The notes below the pieces were generated by a model that searched no databases, was not told the DNA's origin, and was given only the letters and a program-made list of their open reading frames with translations. A DNA stretch of 64,000 nucleotides, taken from the NCBI GenBank assembly GCA_963784165.1, contig CAWAQI010000001.1:381-64380 (forward strand). Direction: 5' to 3'. Of the stretch, positions 47,324-57,441 are shown piece after piece. The translations under genes and the position numbers were made by a program. The stretch is from an uncultured Actinomycetota bacterium (GTDB taxonomy: Bacteria > Actinomycetota > Actinomycetes > Mycobacteriales > Geodermatophilaceae). The first letter of the stretch is position 1, and every line of letters starts with the position of its first letter.

Positions 47324-48275
47324 GTGCACCGCATCGCCGTCCTCGACGACTACCAGTCCGCCGCCGCCCGCTTCGCCGACTGGTCAGGCGTCCCCGAGCC
47401 CGTCGACGTCGTCGAGTTCTCCGACCACCTGGACGACGAGGACGCGCTCGTCGAGCGGCTGACGCCCTTCGACGTCGTCGTCGCCATGCGCGAGCGGACG
47501 CCGTTCCCGCGCACGCGTGCTCGAGCGGCTGCCGAACCTCCGGCTCCTCGTCACCACCGGCAGCCGCAACGCATCCATCGACGTCGCGGCTGCCACCGAG
47601 CGCGGCATCATCGTCTGCGGCACCGCCTCGCACGCCACCGGCCCGGTCGAGCTCACGTGGGCGCTCATCCTCGCCGTCGCCCGCCACGTCCCGCAGGAGG
47701 ACGCCTCCGTCCGCGCCGGCGGCTGGCAGGAGACCGTCGGCACCGACCTGGCGGGCGCCACCCTCGGCGTCGTCGGGCTCGGGCGGCTGGGGGAGCGGGT
47801 CGCGAGGATCGGGCAGGCGTTCGGCATGGACGTCGTCGCGTGGAGCCAGAACCTCACCGACGAGCGAGCCGGTGAGGTCGGCGTCCGGCGCGTCAGCAAG
47901 GACGAACTGTTCGCGACGGCGGACGTCGTCACCGTCCACCTCGTGCTCTCCGACCGCACCCGCAACCTCGTGAGCCACCACGAGCTCGCGCAGATGAAGC
48001 CCACGACGATCGTGGTCAACACGAGCCGCGGCCCGATCATCGACGAGCAGGCACTGCTGGCAGCGCTGAGCAGCGGCACCATCCGAGGCGCCGGGCTCGA
48101 CGTCTTCGATCGAGAGCCGCTGCCACAGGACCACCCGCTCCGAACCGCCCCGCGGACCGTCCTCACGCCGCACCTCGGCTATGTCACCGAGAAGACCTAC
48201 GAGGTGTTCTTCCGCGAGGCCGTCGAGGACGTCGCCGCCTGGATCGCCGGCAGCCCGATCCGGGTGCTCGGTTAG
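47324..48275 (+). CDS. D-2-hydroxyacid dehydrogenase, copy 1 (frameshift at ~47515)
   Basis: IAVLDDYQ, MRERTPF, GLGRLG, NTSRG, LDVF..EPL, TPHLGY; copy 2 is intact. Confidence 0.88.
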
Positions 48276-48704
48276 CTCGTCGGCCCGCTGACGACGCGCA
48301 GCCGCGGCGAGGTGACCAGCTGCTTCTCCAGCATCACGCCGTGCCGCCCGTCCTCGGTGTTCTGGAACTGCAGCCGGTCGACCAGCGCCCGCATCAGCAT
48401 CAGCCCGCGGCCGCCGTCCAGCGGGGAGATCGGCGTCGGCGTCGCTGTAGGGATCGAAGCCCTGGCCGTTGTCCAGGACCGTGATGCGGCAGATCTGGTC
48501 GTCGATCGCGACGTCGACCTGGTAGTCGTCGTGCTCGCCGGCGTGCTGCACCACGTTGGCGCACGCCTCGGTCAGGGCGAGCACCAGCTCCTCGATCCCG
48601 GTCTCGACGACGCCGAGGTGCTCGAGCGCCTGGCGGAGGAGCCCGCGGACCAGGGGAACGCTCTTCGCGTCCACCGGAAGTTGGACGCTGAAGGCGATAT
48701 TCAC
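48272..48704 (-). CDS. RsbW-like anti-sigma factor/Ser kinase, copy 1 (frameshift at ~48450)
   Basis: LALTEACANVVQHA, DNG.GF, GRGL.LM.AL.D. Confidence 0.82.
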
Positions 48705-48777
48705 GAGGGCTGACCTTCCCAGAACCGGCGTGACCTACCCTCGCACCAGTGAAGTGCCGGGGTGAGGGAGCCGATTC

Positions 48778-49143
48778 GTGCTGTTCGAGGTAGAGCGGAC
48801 GACGGTCTCGGGGCGCCCGGCGCTCACCGTACGGGGTGAGCTGGACCTGTCGACGGCGCCCGAACTCGCGTCCGCCGTCGAGGCCCAGATCGCCACCGCG
48901 GCACCCGCCTTCGTCATCGACCTGACGCCCACCCGGTTCCTCGACTCCACCGGCGCCCGCGGCGTGATGCGCGCCGTGAAGCAGGCGTCTGCCGCCGGCA
49001 TCGAGGTGCACGTGATCTGCCCGCGCAGCAACAGCCCGGTCCGGCTGGTCATCGACCTGCTCGAACTCGAGGCGCTGGTGCCGATCGTCGAGTCGCCGGC
49101 CGAGCTCACCACCGCCGTCGTCGAGCGGGACGGCCGCCCGTAA
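48778..49143 (+). CDS. STAS anti-anti-sigma factor (RsbV-like), copy 1
   Basis: V.GELDLSTAP.L...DL....FLDSTG, with the phosphoacceptor Ser. Confidence 0.88.
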   Translation: MLFEVERTTVSGRPALTVRGELDLSTAPELASAVEAQIATAAPAFVIDLTPTRFLDSTGARGVMRAVKQASAAGIEVHVICPRSNSPVRLVIDLLELEALVPIVESPAELTTAVVERDGRP

Positions 49144-49153
49144 CGTCGCGGCG

Positions 49154-49765
49154 GTGACCGTCCCCGCCGTGGACCAGGAAGCGCTGCTGCGCTGCGCCGA
49201 CGAGCCGATCGCGATCCCGGGCGCCATCCAGCCGCACGGCGTCCTGCTGGCCGTCACCGAGCCCGACCTGACCGTCGTCGTCGCGTCGGCGAACGCCGCC
49301 GAGCTGTTCGGCTACCAGGTCACCGGGCTCCCGTTGCCCGACCTGTTCGACGACGACGTCGCCGGTCGACTCCAGAGTGCGCTCGCGGGCGACCTGTCCG
49401 AGGCCAACCCGGTGCGGGTGCAGATCGACGGCGACGTCGACGTCGTGCTGCACCGGGCCGACGGCCTGCTGATCGCCGAGTTCGAGCCGGTCGCCGGTGC
49501 CGAGGACGCCGGGCGGCCTGGCACCGCGGCTGCCGATCGTGCTGCAGCGACTGGCCGCCACCGCCACCCTCGACGAACTGCCGCGGTGCTCGTGCGCGAC
49601 GTCCGCACGGTCACCGGCTACGACCGCGTGATGATCTACGCTTCGACGCGAGTGGAACGGCGAGGTGATCGCCGAGGACCGCCGCGAGGACCTCGAGCCG
49701 TCTTCGGCCTCCGCTTCCCGGCCAGCGACATCCCTGCCCAGGCTCGCGCCCTGTACGCCACCAAC
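49154..49765 (+). pseudogene. 5' fragment of the bacteriophytochrome, truncated at the duplication junction and rich in indels
   Basis: C.DEPI.IPG.IQPHG...GYDRVMIY...FPASDIPAQARALY, then an abrupt switch to antisense doc sequence. Confidence 0.88.
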
Positions 49766-50104
49766 GATCGGCTCGACGTCGTCGAGTTCGCCCACGGCAA
49801 CCGCCATCACGAGCTCGTAAGCGTCGTCGTTGGACAGCGTGAGCCGGAGCCCGTTGAGGCCGAGGAACGCGATCGTCGCCGCCAGCGCCAGACGTTTGTT
49901 GCCGTCCACCAGCGCCTGGCTGCGGGCCAGCGAATGGAGGAGGGCGGCGCCCTTGCCGTGGACGGTCGGATAGGCGTCCTCGCCGAACGCCGTCGCGCCT
50001 GGTCTGGCCAGTGCGGACTCGAGGAGCCCGACGTCGCGTACCCGCACGTCACCGAGCGTGCGAGCCGCCACGTGCAGCAGGTCGTCGAGATCGAGGTAGA
50101 TCAC
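49765..50104 (-). pseudogene. doc: Doc toxin, copy 2, 3'-truncated at the junction
   Basis: Nearly identical to copy 1 up to ELDDVEPI, then reads into antisense phytochrome. Confidence 0.82.
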
Positions 50105-50304
50105 TGGCCAAGGCGCTCGAGCGCTTCGGCATAGCGGGGCAGCTCGTCGTCGAGCACGCGGTCGAGCAGCTCCCGCTTGCTGGTGCGCTCGACGTACTCA
50201 CGCACCGCCTGCCGGGCCACCTCCTGCATGGAGCGCCCCTCGAGTTCCGCCCTGCGCCGCAGGGCCTCGGTCTCCTGTTCGTCCAGGCGGAGAGTCATGG
50301 CCAC
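50101..50304 (-). CDS. CopG/RHH antitoxin, copy 2
   Basis: Protein identical to 46465-46668. Confidence 0.88.
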   Translation of the reverse strand: MAMTLRLDEQETEALRRRAELEGRSMQEVARQAVREYVERTSKRELLDRVLDDELPRYAEALERLGQ

Positions 50305-50435
50305 CGTCGGATGATACCAAGACTGATACCACTTCGACGAACGCCGAGGACCCGCGGACGGGACGTCCTGCCCTGGTCGGGGATGCCCCCGGCCTTCCTA
50401 GCGTCGGCGGGGGAGCGACCGGACAGGGGGGCGAC

Positions 50436-50627
50436 GTGAAGGATCAAGGCAAGACAAGGACGCAGGGTGGCGGCGGCAGCCCGGTCTACGGGCTGGGCTT
50501 CATCGGGGCCGTGGCCTGGTTCTGGAAGCAGGCGGACGAACCCAAGGAGAAGGCCATCGCCGTGCTCAAGGCGCTGGTCTGGCCCGCCTTCCTCGTCCAC
50601 GCCGCGTTCAAGGCCCTCGATCGCTGA
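50436..50627 (+). CDS. Small membrane protein, copy 2
   Basis: Protein identical to copy 1, with synonymous changes. Confidence 0.75.
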   Translation: MKDQGKTRTQGGGGSPVYGLGFIGAVAWFWKQADEPKEKAIAVLKALVWPAFLVHAAFKALDR

Positions 50628-50715
50628 CCTGATGGTGTGACCCGCGCGGGCACGCGGTTGAGGTGGCGCGCGTTAGGGCACTCAAGAGGTCAATCGACCA
50701 TCAAGGAGGCCGACC

Positions 50716-50883
50716 ATGGCAGGCATGTTCAAGAAGGTCCTGACGTCCGCAGTCGCGGCGAAGGTGATCCAGGAAGCCCGCAAGCCGCAGAACCAGCAGA
50801 AGATCAAGGACTTCGTCGCCCAGATGCAGGCGAAGCGCAAGGGTGCCGCCCCCGGGCGCACCAAGCCCGGCTCCCACCACTGA
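50716..50883 (+). CDS. Small basic protein (55 aa), copy 2
   Basis: As copy 1, with I>V and T>S changes. Confidence 0.75.
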   Translation: MAGMFKKVLTSAVAAKVIQEARKPQNQQKIKDFVAQMQAKRKGAAPGRTKPGSHH

Positions 50884-50960
50884 GCCACCCGTCGACGGCC
50901 CCGCGCCCCCGGACACACGTCCGGGGGCGCGGGGCCGTTCGCATGTAGTAGACCCACCCC

Positions 50961-51911
50961 GTGCACCGCATCGCCGTCCTCGACGACTACCAGTCCGTCG
51001 CCGCCCGCTTCGCCGACTGGTCCCGCGTCCCCGAGCCCGTCGACGTCGTCGAGTTCTCCGACCACCTGGACGACGAGGACGCGCTCGTCGAGCGGCTGAC
51101 GCCGTTCGACGTCGTCGTCGCCATGCGCGAGCGGACGCCGTTCCCGCGCAGCCTGCTCGAGCGGCTGCCGAACCTCCGGCTCCTCGTCACCACCGGCAGC
51201 CGCAACGCATCCATCGACGTCGCGGCTGCCACCGAGCGCGGCATCATCGTCTGCGGCACCGCCTCGCACGCCACCGGTCCGGTCGAGCTCACGTGGGCGC
51301 TGATCCTCGCCGTCGCCCGCCACCTCCCGCAGGAGGACGCCTCCGTCCGCGCCGGCGGCTGGCAGGAGACCGTCGGCACCGACCTGGCGGGCGCCACCCT
51401 CGGCGTCGTCGGGCTCGGGCGGCTGGGGGAGCGGGTCGCGAGGATCGGGCAGGCGTTCGGCATGGACGTCGTCGCGTGGAGCCAGAACCTCACCGACGAG
51501 CGAGCCGGTGAGGTCGGCGTCCGGCGCGTCAGCAAGGACGAACTGTTCGCGACGGCGGACGTCGTCACCGTCCACCTCGTGCTCTCCGACCGCACCCGCA
51601 ACCTCGTGAGCCACCACGAGCTCGCGCAGATGAAGCCCACGACGATCGTGGTCAACACGAGCCGCGGCCCGATCATCGACGAGCAGGCACTGCTGGCAGC
51701 GCTGAGCAGCGGCACCATCCGAGGCGCCGGGCTCGACGTCTTCGATCGGGAGCCGCTGCCACAGGACCACCCGCTCCGAACCGCCCCGCGGACCGTCCTC
51801 ACGCCGCACCTCGGCTACGTCACCGAGAAGACCTACGAGGTGTTCTTCCGCGAGGCCGTCGAGGACGTCGCCGCCTGGCTCGCCGGCAGCCCCGTCCGCG
51901 TACTCACCTGA
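50961..51911 (+). CDS. D-2-hydroxyacid dehydrogenase, copy 2 (intact)
   Basis: Full set of family motifs in one frame, 316 aa. Confidence 0.92.
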   Translation: MHRIAVLDDYQSVAARFADWSRVPEPVDVVEFSDHLDDEDALVERLTPFDVVVAMRERTPFPRSLLERLPNLRLLVTTGSRNASIDVAAATERGIIVCGTASHATGPVELTWALILAVARHLPQEDASVRAGGWQETVGTDLAGATLGVVGLGRLGERVARIGQAFGMDVVAWSQNLTDERAGEVGVRRVSKDELFATADVVTVHLVLSDRTRNLVSHHELAQMKPTTIVVNTSRGPIIDEQALLAALSSGTIRGAGLDVFDREPLPQDHPLRTAPRTVLTPHLGYVTEKTYEVFFREAVEDVAAWLAGSPVRVLT

Positions 51912-51997
51912 GACCCGCCGGCTGAGGTCTTCCGACCCCTTCCTGCATCCCAGCGGCGGCATAGCGTCGACCGGACCGGAGCAGAGGAGGAGCTGCC

Positions 51998-52525
51998 ATG
52001 GCCAGCGCACTCGTGGTCTACGAATCGATCTTCGGGGACGCCCGGAAGATTGCCGAGGCTGTCGCCATCGGGCTCGCGGACCGGTCCGACGTCGACGTCG
52101 TCGAAGCCAGTGAAGCCCCGACGCACATCCCCTACGCCGTCACGCTGCTCGTCGTCGGTGGACCTAACCACGGCCTGAGGATGCCGCGGCAGTCCACCCG
52201 CGAGGCGGCTGTCGACCAGTACGGGGTGGACATCGAGGACACGCGGATGGGCCTGCACGAGTGGCTCGACGCCGTCCGGCTGCCCGCCGGGGTCCGGGCC
52301 GCCGCGTTCGACACCCGCATGGACCACCCGAAGGGGCTCACGGCGCTGGATCACGCCTCGAGGACCGAGGAGAAGCTCCTGAAGCGCCACGACGCCACGA
52401 TCGTCGCGCCGGCCGAGCATTTCCGGGTCATCGGTGCGGAGGGCCCGCTCGCCGACGGCGAGCTGGAGCGAGCCGTCCAATGGGGGAGGACCCTGGCTGG
52501 CACGCTCAGTCCGTCGGCGCGCTGA
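51998..52525 (+). CDS. Flavodoxin-like protein (only in unit 2)
   Basis: ALVVYES.FG....IAEAVA, LLVVGGP.H, AAAFDTR, F.V....GPL..GE..RA..WG; GAGGAG RBS. Confidence 0.85.
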   Translation: MASALVVYESIFGDARKIAEAVAIGLADRSDVDVVEASEAPTHIPYAVTLLVVGGPNHGLRMPRQSTREAAVDQYGVDIEDTRMGLHEWLDAVRLPAGVRAAAFDTRMDHPKGLTALDHASRTEEKLLKRHDATIVAPAEHFRVIGAEGPLADGELERAVQWGRTLAGTLSPSAR

Positions 52526-52937
52526 CCACTCGCAACCGCGGCGACGTGACCAGCTGCTTCTCCAGCATCACGCCGTGGCGGCCGTCCTCGGTGTTCTTGA
52601 ACTGCAGCCGGTCGACCAGGGCCCGCATCAGCATCAGCCCGCGGCCGCCGTCCAGCGGGGAGATCGGCGTCGGCGTCGCTGTCGGGTCGAAGCCCTGGCC
52701 GTTGTCGAACACGGTGATCCGGCAGATCTGGTCGTCGATCGCGACGTCGACCTGGTAGTCGTCGTGCTCGCCGGCGTGCTGCACCACGTTGGCGCACGCC
52801 TCGGTCAGGGCGAGCACCAGCTCCTCGATCCCGGTCTCGACGACGCCGAGGTGCTCGAGCGCCTGGCGGAGGAGCCCGCGGACCAGCGGCACGCTCTTCG
52901 CGTCCACCGGAAGTTGGACGCTGAAGGCGATATTCAC
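52506..52937 (-). CDS. RsbW-like anti-sigma factor/Ser kinase, copy 2 (intact)
   Basis: HATPase_c-type N box TEACANVVQHA, DNGQGF, GGRGL. Confidence 0.88.
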   Translation of the reverse strand: MNIAFSVQLPVDAKSVPLVRGLLRQALEHLGVVETGIEELVLALTEACANVVQHAGEHDDYQVDVAIDDQICRITVFDNGQGFDPTATPTPISPLDGGRGLMLMRALVDRLQFKNTEDGRHGVMLEKQLVTSPRLRVVSAPTD

Positions 52938-53010
52938 GACGGCTGACCTTCCCAGAACCGGCGTGACCTACCCTCGCACCAGTGAAGTGCCGGGGTGAGG
53001 GAGCCGATTC

Positions 53011-53376
53011 GTGCTGTTCGAGGTAGAGCGGACGACGGTCTCGGGGCGCCCGGCGCTCACCGTACGGGGTGAGCTCGACCTGTCGACGGCGCCCGAACTC
53101 GCGTCCGCCGTCGAGGCCCAGATCGCCGCCGCGCCGCCCGCCTTCGTCATCGACCTGACGCCGACCCGGTTCCTCGACTCCACCGGCGCCCGCGGCCTGA
53201 TGCGCGCCGCGAAGCAGGCCACCGCGGCCGGCATCGAGATGCACGTGATCTGCCCGCGCAGCAACAGCCCGGTCCGGCTGGTCATCGACCTGCTCGAGCT
53301 CGAGCTGCTGGTGCCGATCGTCGAGTCGCCGGCCGAGCTCACCACCGCCGTCGTCGAGCAGGACGGCCGCCCGTAA
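53011..53376 (+). CDS. STAS anti-anti-sigma factor (RsbV-like), copy 2
   Basis: GELDLSTA, FLDSTG. Confidence 0.88.
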   Translation: MLFEVERTTVSGRPALTVRGELDLSTAPELASAVEAQIAAAPPAFVIDLTPTRFLDSTGARGLMRAAKQATAAGIEMHVICPRSNSPVRLVIDLLELELLVPIVESPAELTTAVVEQDGRP

Positions 53377-53386
53377 CGTCGCGGCG

Positions 53387-55580
53387 GTGACCGTCCCCGC
53401 CGTGGACCAGGAAGCGCTGCTGCGCTGCGCCGACGAGCCGATCGCGATCCCGGGCGCCGTCCAGCCGCACGGCGTCCTGCTGGCCGTCACCGAGCCCGAC
53501 CTGACCGTCGTCGTCGCGTCGGCCAACGCCGCCGAGCTGTTCGGCTACCAGGTCACCGGGCTCCCGCTGCCCGACCTGTTCGACGACGACGTCGCCGGTC
53601 GACTCCAGCGTGCGCTCGCGGGCGATCTGTCCGAGGCCAACCCGGTGCGGATGCAGATCGACGGCGACGTCGACGTCGTGCTGCACCGCGCCGACGGCCT
53701 GCTCATCGCCGAGTTCGAGCCGGTCGCCGGTGCCGAGGACGCCGGCGCGGCCTGGCACCGCCGGCTGCCGATCGTCCTGCAGCGACTGGCCGCCACCGCC
53801 ACCCTCGACGAACTGGCCGCGGTGCTCGTGCGCGACGTCCGCACGGTCACCGGCTACGACCGCGTGATGATCTACCGCTTCGACGCCGAGTGGAACGGCG
53901 AGGTGATCGCCGAGGACCGCCGCGAGGACCTCGAGCCGTTCTTCGGCCTCCGATTCCCGGCCAGCGACATCCCCGCCCAGGCCCGCGCCCTGTACGCCAC
54001 CAACTGGATGCGGATCATCCCCGACGCCCGCTACCGCCCCGTGCCGCTGGAGCCGGCGCTGAACCCGCGGACCGGCCGGCCGCTCGACCTCTCCGGCGCC
54101 ATGCTGCGCAGCGTCAGCCCGGTGCACCTGGAGTACCTCGCCAACATGGGCGTCGTCTCGTCGATGTCGATCTCGCTCATCGACCGCGGCCGGCTCTGGG
54201 GCCTCATCGCCTGCCACCACTACGCCGGCCCGCACCGCCCGTCCTACACCGACCGCACCGCCGCGGAGTTCCTCGGCCGCACGGCCTCGCTGCTGCTGCA
54301 CACGAAGGTCGCGGAGGGGGAGCAGGAGGGCGTCGTCGACGTGGCGCAGCGCTCGGCGCGATCTGGCGGCTGCCGTCGGCCGGACGCCACGCGCGCTGGG
54401 GACGGCGTTGACCGAGGGGACGTGACCGTCCTCGACCTGGTGCCCGCGGCGGGCGCCGCGGTGCGGCTCAACGGGCAGCTCCGCCTGCTGGGGACGACGC
54501 CGCCGGCCGAGCGGGTCGGTTCGCTGGTGGCGTCCCTGCTCGCCGCCGGGGTCACCGCCACGGACGCCGTCTCCCAGGTGCTGCCCGAGGCCGCCGACCT
54601 CGCCGACACGGCCAGCGGCGTGCTCGCCGTCCCGATCGGCCGCGAGGACTTCCTCGCCTGGTTCCGGCCGGAGACGCTGCGCGAGGTCAACTGGGCCGGC
54701 AACCCGTACCAGTCGAAGACGGAGCAGACCGACGTCGGTCCGCGGCTGAGCCCGCGCCGCTCGTTCGCCGCATGGAGCGAGACCGTGCGGGGGACGTCGG
54801 CTCCGTGGCGCGAGCACGAGGTCGCCGCGGCGCAGTCGCTGGCCGGCCACCTCGCCGCCGCGACGCTCAACCGCGCCGAGGACGACAACCGGCTGGCCTC
54901 CGCGTTGCAGCGCACCCTGCTGCTCGAGGAGCTGCCGAAGGTGCCGGGCGTCGCGCTGGCCGCGCGGTACGTGCCGAGCTCGGAGGACGTCGTCGGCGGC
55001 GACTGGTACGACCTCGTGCCGCTGCCCGGTGGCCGGGTGGCGTTCGTGCTGGGCGACGTCGCCGGGCACGGGCTCTCCGCCGCGGCGATCACCGCGCAGC
55101 TCCGGCACGCGCTGCGGGCGCATTTGCTGCGGGCCGCCGGGCCGGGTGCAGCGCTGGACGGGCTGAACCAGGTCGATCGCGTCGCTGCTGCCGGGGGAGA
55201 TGGCGACGGCGGTGATCGCGGAGCTGGACCCGACGACCGGGGAGGTCGTCGTCTCGAACGCCGGGCACCTGCCCGTGCTGCACGCGACTGCGGCCGGCGC
55301 CGACTTCGTGCGCGACGGCCGCGGTCCGGCGCTCGGAGTGCTCGACGAGGTCAACTACCCCGAGGCGCGCCTGAACCTCGCCGGCGACGAGCGGCTGCTG
55401 CTCTTCAGCGACGGCCTGATCGAGCGGCGGGGGATCGACCTGGCCGAGAGCCTCGAGGCACTGCGCGACCTGGTCGCGAACGGACCCGTCGACCCGCACG
55501 AGCTGCTCGACGCCGTCCTCGGGTCGCTCACCCCGAACGGCACCGACGACGTCACCCTCGTGGGCATCGCCCGCACCTGA
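53387..55580 (+). CDS. bphP: Bacteriophytochrome PAS-GAF-PHY fused to a SpoIIE/PP2C phosphatase (indels at ~54350-54415 and ~55172)
   Basis: N-terminal bilin Cys (RCADEPI.IPG.VQPHG), DRVMIYRF, PASDIP, RSVSPVHLEYL.NMG, LWGLIACHH, WFRPE, PRRSF..W; then LQR.LL, VGGDWYD, GDVAGHG, NAGH, SDGL.E, DD.T. Confidence 0.92.
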
Positions 55581-55784
55581 ACCGTGAACCGGCGCGTCCG
55601 GTCACGCGATGCGCATGGGAGACGCCGGACGGCGACAGCGAGCGGAGGTGTCGCCGGCTAGCGAACGCCGGACCGGGACCAGGCGCCGTCGGCTGTGTTT
55701 GCATTGCACGCCACCAACCCTGACCGTGCCGGGATCCGGACCCACTGGTTGCGCGGATCGAGGGGCCGTGGTCCGGAGGCGCGC

Positions 55785-57441
55785 GTGACGAGGGCAACCA
55801 TCCTGACGGTGGACGACGACCCCGGCGTCCTGCGCGCGATCACCCGCGACCTGCGGGCCAGGTACGGAGCGGACTACCGGATCGTCTCCGCGCCATCGGG
55901 CGACCAGGCCTTGTCCGTGCTGGCCGAGCTGGCCCTGCGCCTGCGGCCGGTCGCACTGATCGCCACCGACCAGCGGATGCCCCACATGACGGGCACCGAG
56001 ATGCTCGAGCAGGCTCGTCAGCACGCGCCGGACGCGAAACTCCTGCTGCTCACCGCCTACGCCGACACCGACGTCGCCATCAAGGCGATCAACGACATCG
56101 GGCTGGACTACTACCTGGTCAAGCCGTGGGACCCCCCGGCCGAACGGCTCTACCCCGTCGTCGACGACCTGCTCAGCGACTGGCAGCAGGCCCATCCCCG
56201 GGAGACCGGGGACGTGCGGGTGGTCGGGCACCGCTGGTCGGAGCGCAGTCACGAGATCAAGACCTTCCTGACCCGCAACTACGTCCCCTACCAGTGGCTC
56301 GACGTCGACCAGGACGAGGAGGGCCGGCGGCTGCAGGAACTCGCCGGGGCCGGGCTCGAGGAGCTGCCCCTGGTGTTCGTGCCGGACCGAGAGGCGCTCC
56401 GCGCACCGTCGACGCTCGACCTCGCCGGCGCGCTGGGCCTGCGCACCCGCGCCCTGCAGCCGCTCTACGACCTGTGCATCGTCGGGGCCGGTCCCGCCGG
56501 CCTGGCGGCGGCCGTGTACGCGGCCTCCGAGGGCCTGCGAACCGTCGTCGTCGAGCGGGAGGCGCCGGGGGGCCAGGCCGGGCAGAGCGCCTCGATCGAG
56601 AACTACCTCGGGTTCCCGCGGGGGCTGTCGGGAGCCGACCTGACCCACCGGGCGGTGGCGCAGGCGGCTCGCTTCGGCGCGGAGATGCTGCTCGCCCGTG
56701 ACGTCGTGTCGTTCCAGGCGCGGGGGCCGGTCCGGGCGGCCTGTTTCGGCGACTCCGGCACCCTGGAGGCGCGGGCCATGCTCGTGGCGACCGGGCGTCT
56801 CCTACCGGCGCCTGGAGGCGCCGGGAGTGGCCGGCTTCACCGGCCGCGGCGTGTACTACGGCGCCTCCGCCAGCGACGCCGCCCAGTGCCAGGACGACGA
56901 GGTGCTCATCGTCGGCGCGGCCAACTCCGCGGGCCAGGCCGCTCTCAACCTCGCGCGGTACGCCAAACGCGTCGTGCTCGTCGTTCGCGGCCGCGCCCTC
57001 GAGGACAGCATGTCGCTCTACCTGGTGGCACGGGTGAACGACGCGGCCAACATCGAGGTGCGGTTGCGCAGCGAGGTGGCGGAGGCCCACGGGGACGGTC
57101 ACCTGGAAGGCGTCACGCTGCTCGATCGCGACTCGGGCGAACGGTCGGAGGTCGCCACCAACTGGTTGTTCGTGTTCATCGGCGCCTCGCCGCGCACCGA
57201 CTGGCTGGGGGACGACGTCGTGCGGGATCCCAAGGGGTTCATCCTCACGGGGCAGGAACTGCTGGCCACGGCCCCGACGGCGTGGTCGCAGGCGCGGCCG
57301 CCGTACGCCCTCGAGACCAGCGTGCCCGGTGTCTTCGCGGCGGGGGACGTGCGGCTGGACTCGATGAAACGAGTGGCCTCGGCTGTCGGGGAGGGCGCCA
57401 TGTCGGTCTACCTGGTCCACCGGTACCTGGCGACGATGTGA
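55785..57441 (+). CDS. Receiver domain fused to a thioredoxin-reductase-like FAD oxidoreductase (frameshift at ~56795)
   Basis: VDDD, DQRMP.M.G, LLTAYAD, KPW; then GAGPAGLAAAVY.ASEG, IENYLGFP.G, GVYYGA, GAANSAGQAA, GVFAAGDVR..S.KRVASAVGEG. Confidence 0.9.

Larger units (their letters stand above)
46129..54004. repeat. Diverged tandem duplication: unit 1 46129-49765, unit 2 49765-54004 (unit 2 has an extra ~0.6 kb flavodoxin gene)
   Basis: Same gene series twice; the junction ...GTACGCCACCAAC|GATCGGCTCGACG... fuses a truncated phytochrome to a truncated doc. Confidence 0.93.

Noticed and set aside
49106-50134. Novel phytochrome/Doc chimeric ORFs
   Set aside because: They are read-through across the duplication junction into antisense sequence.
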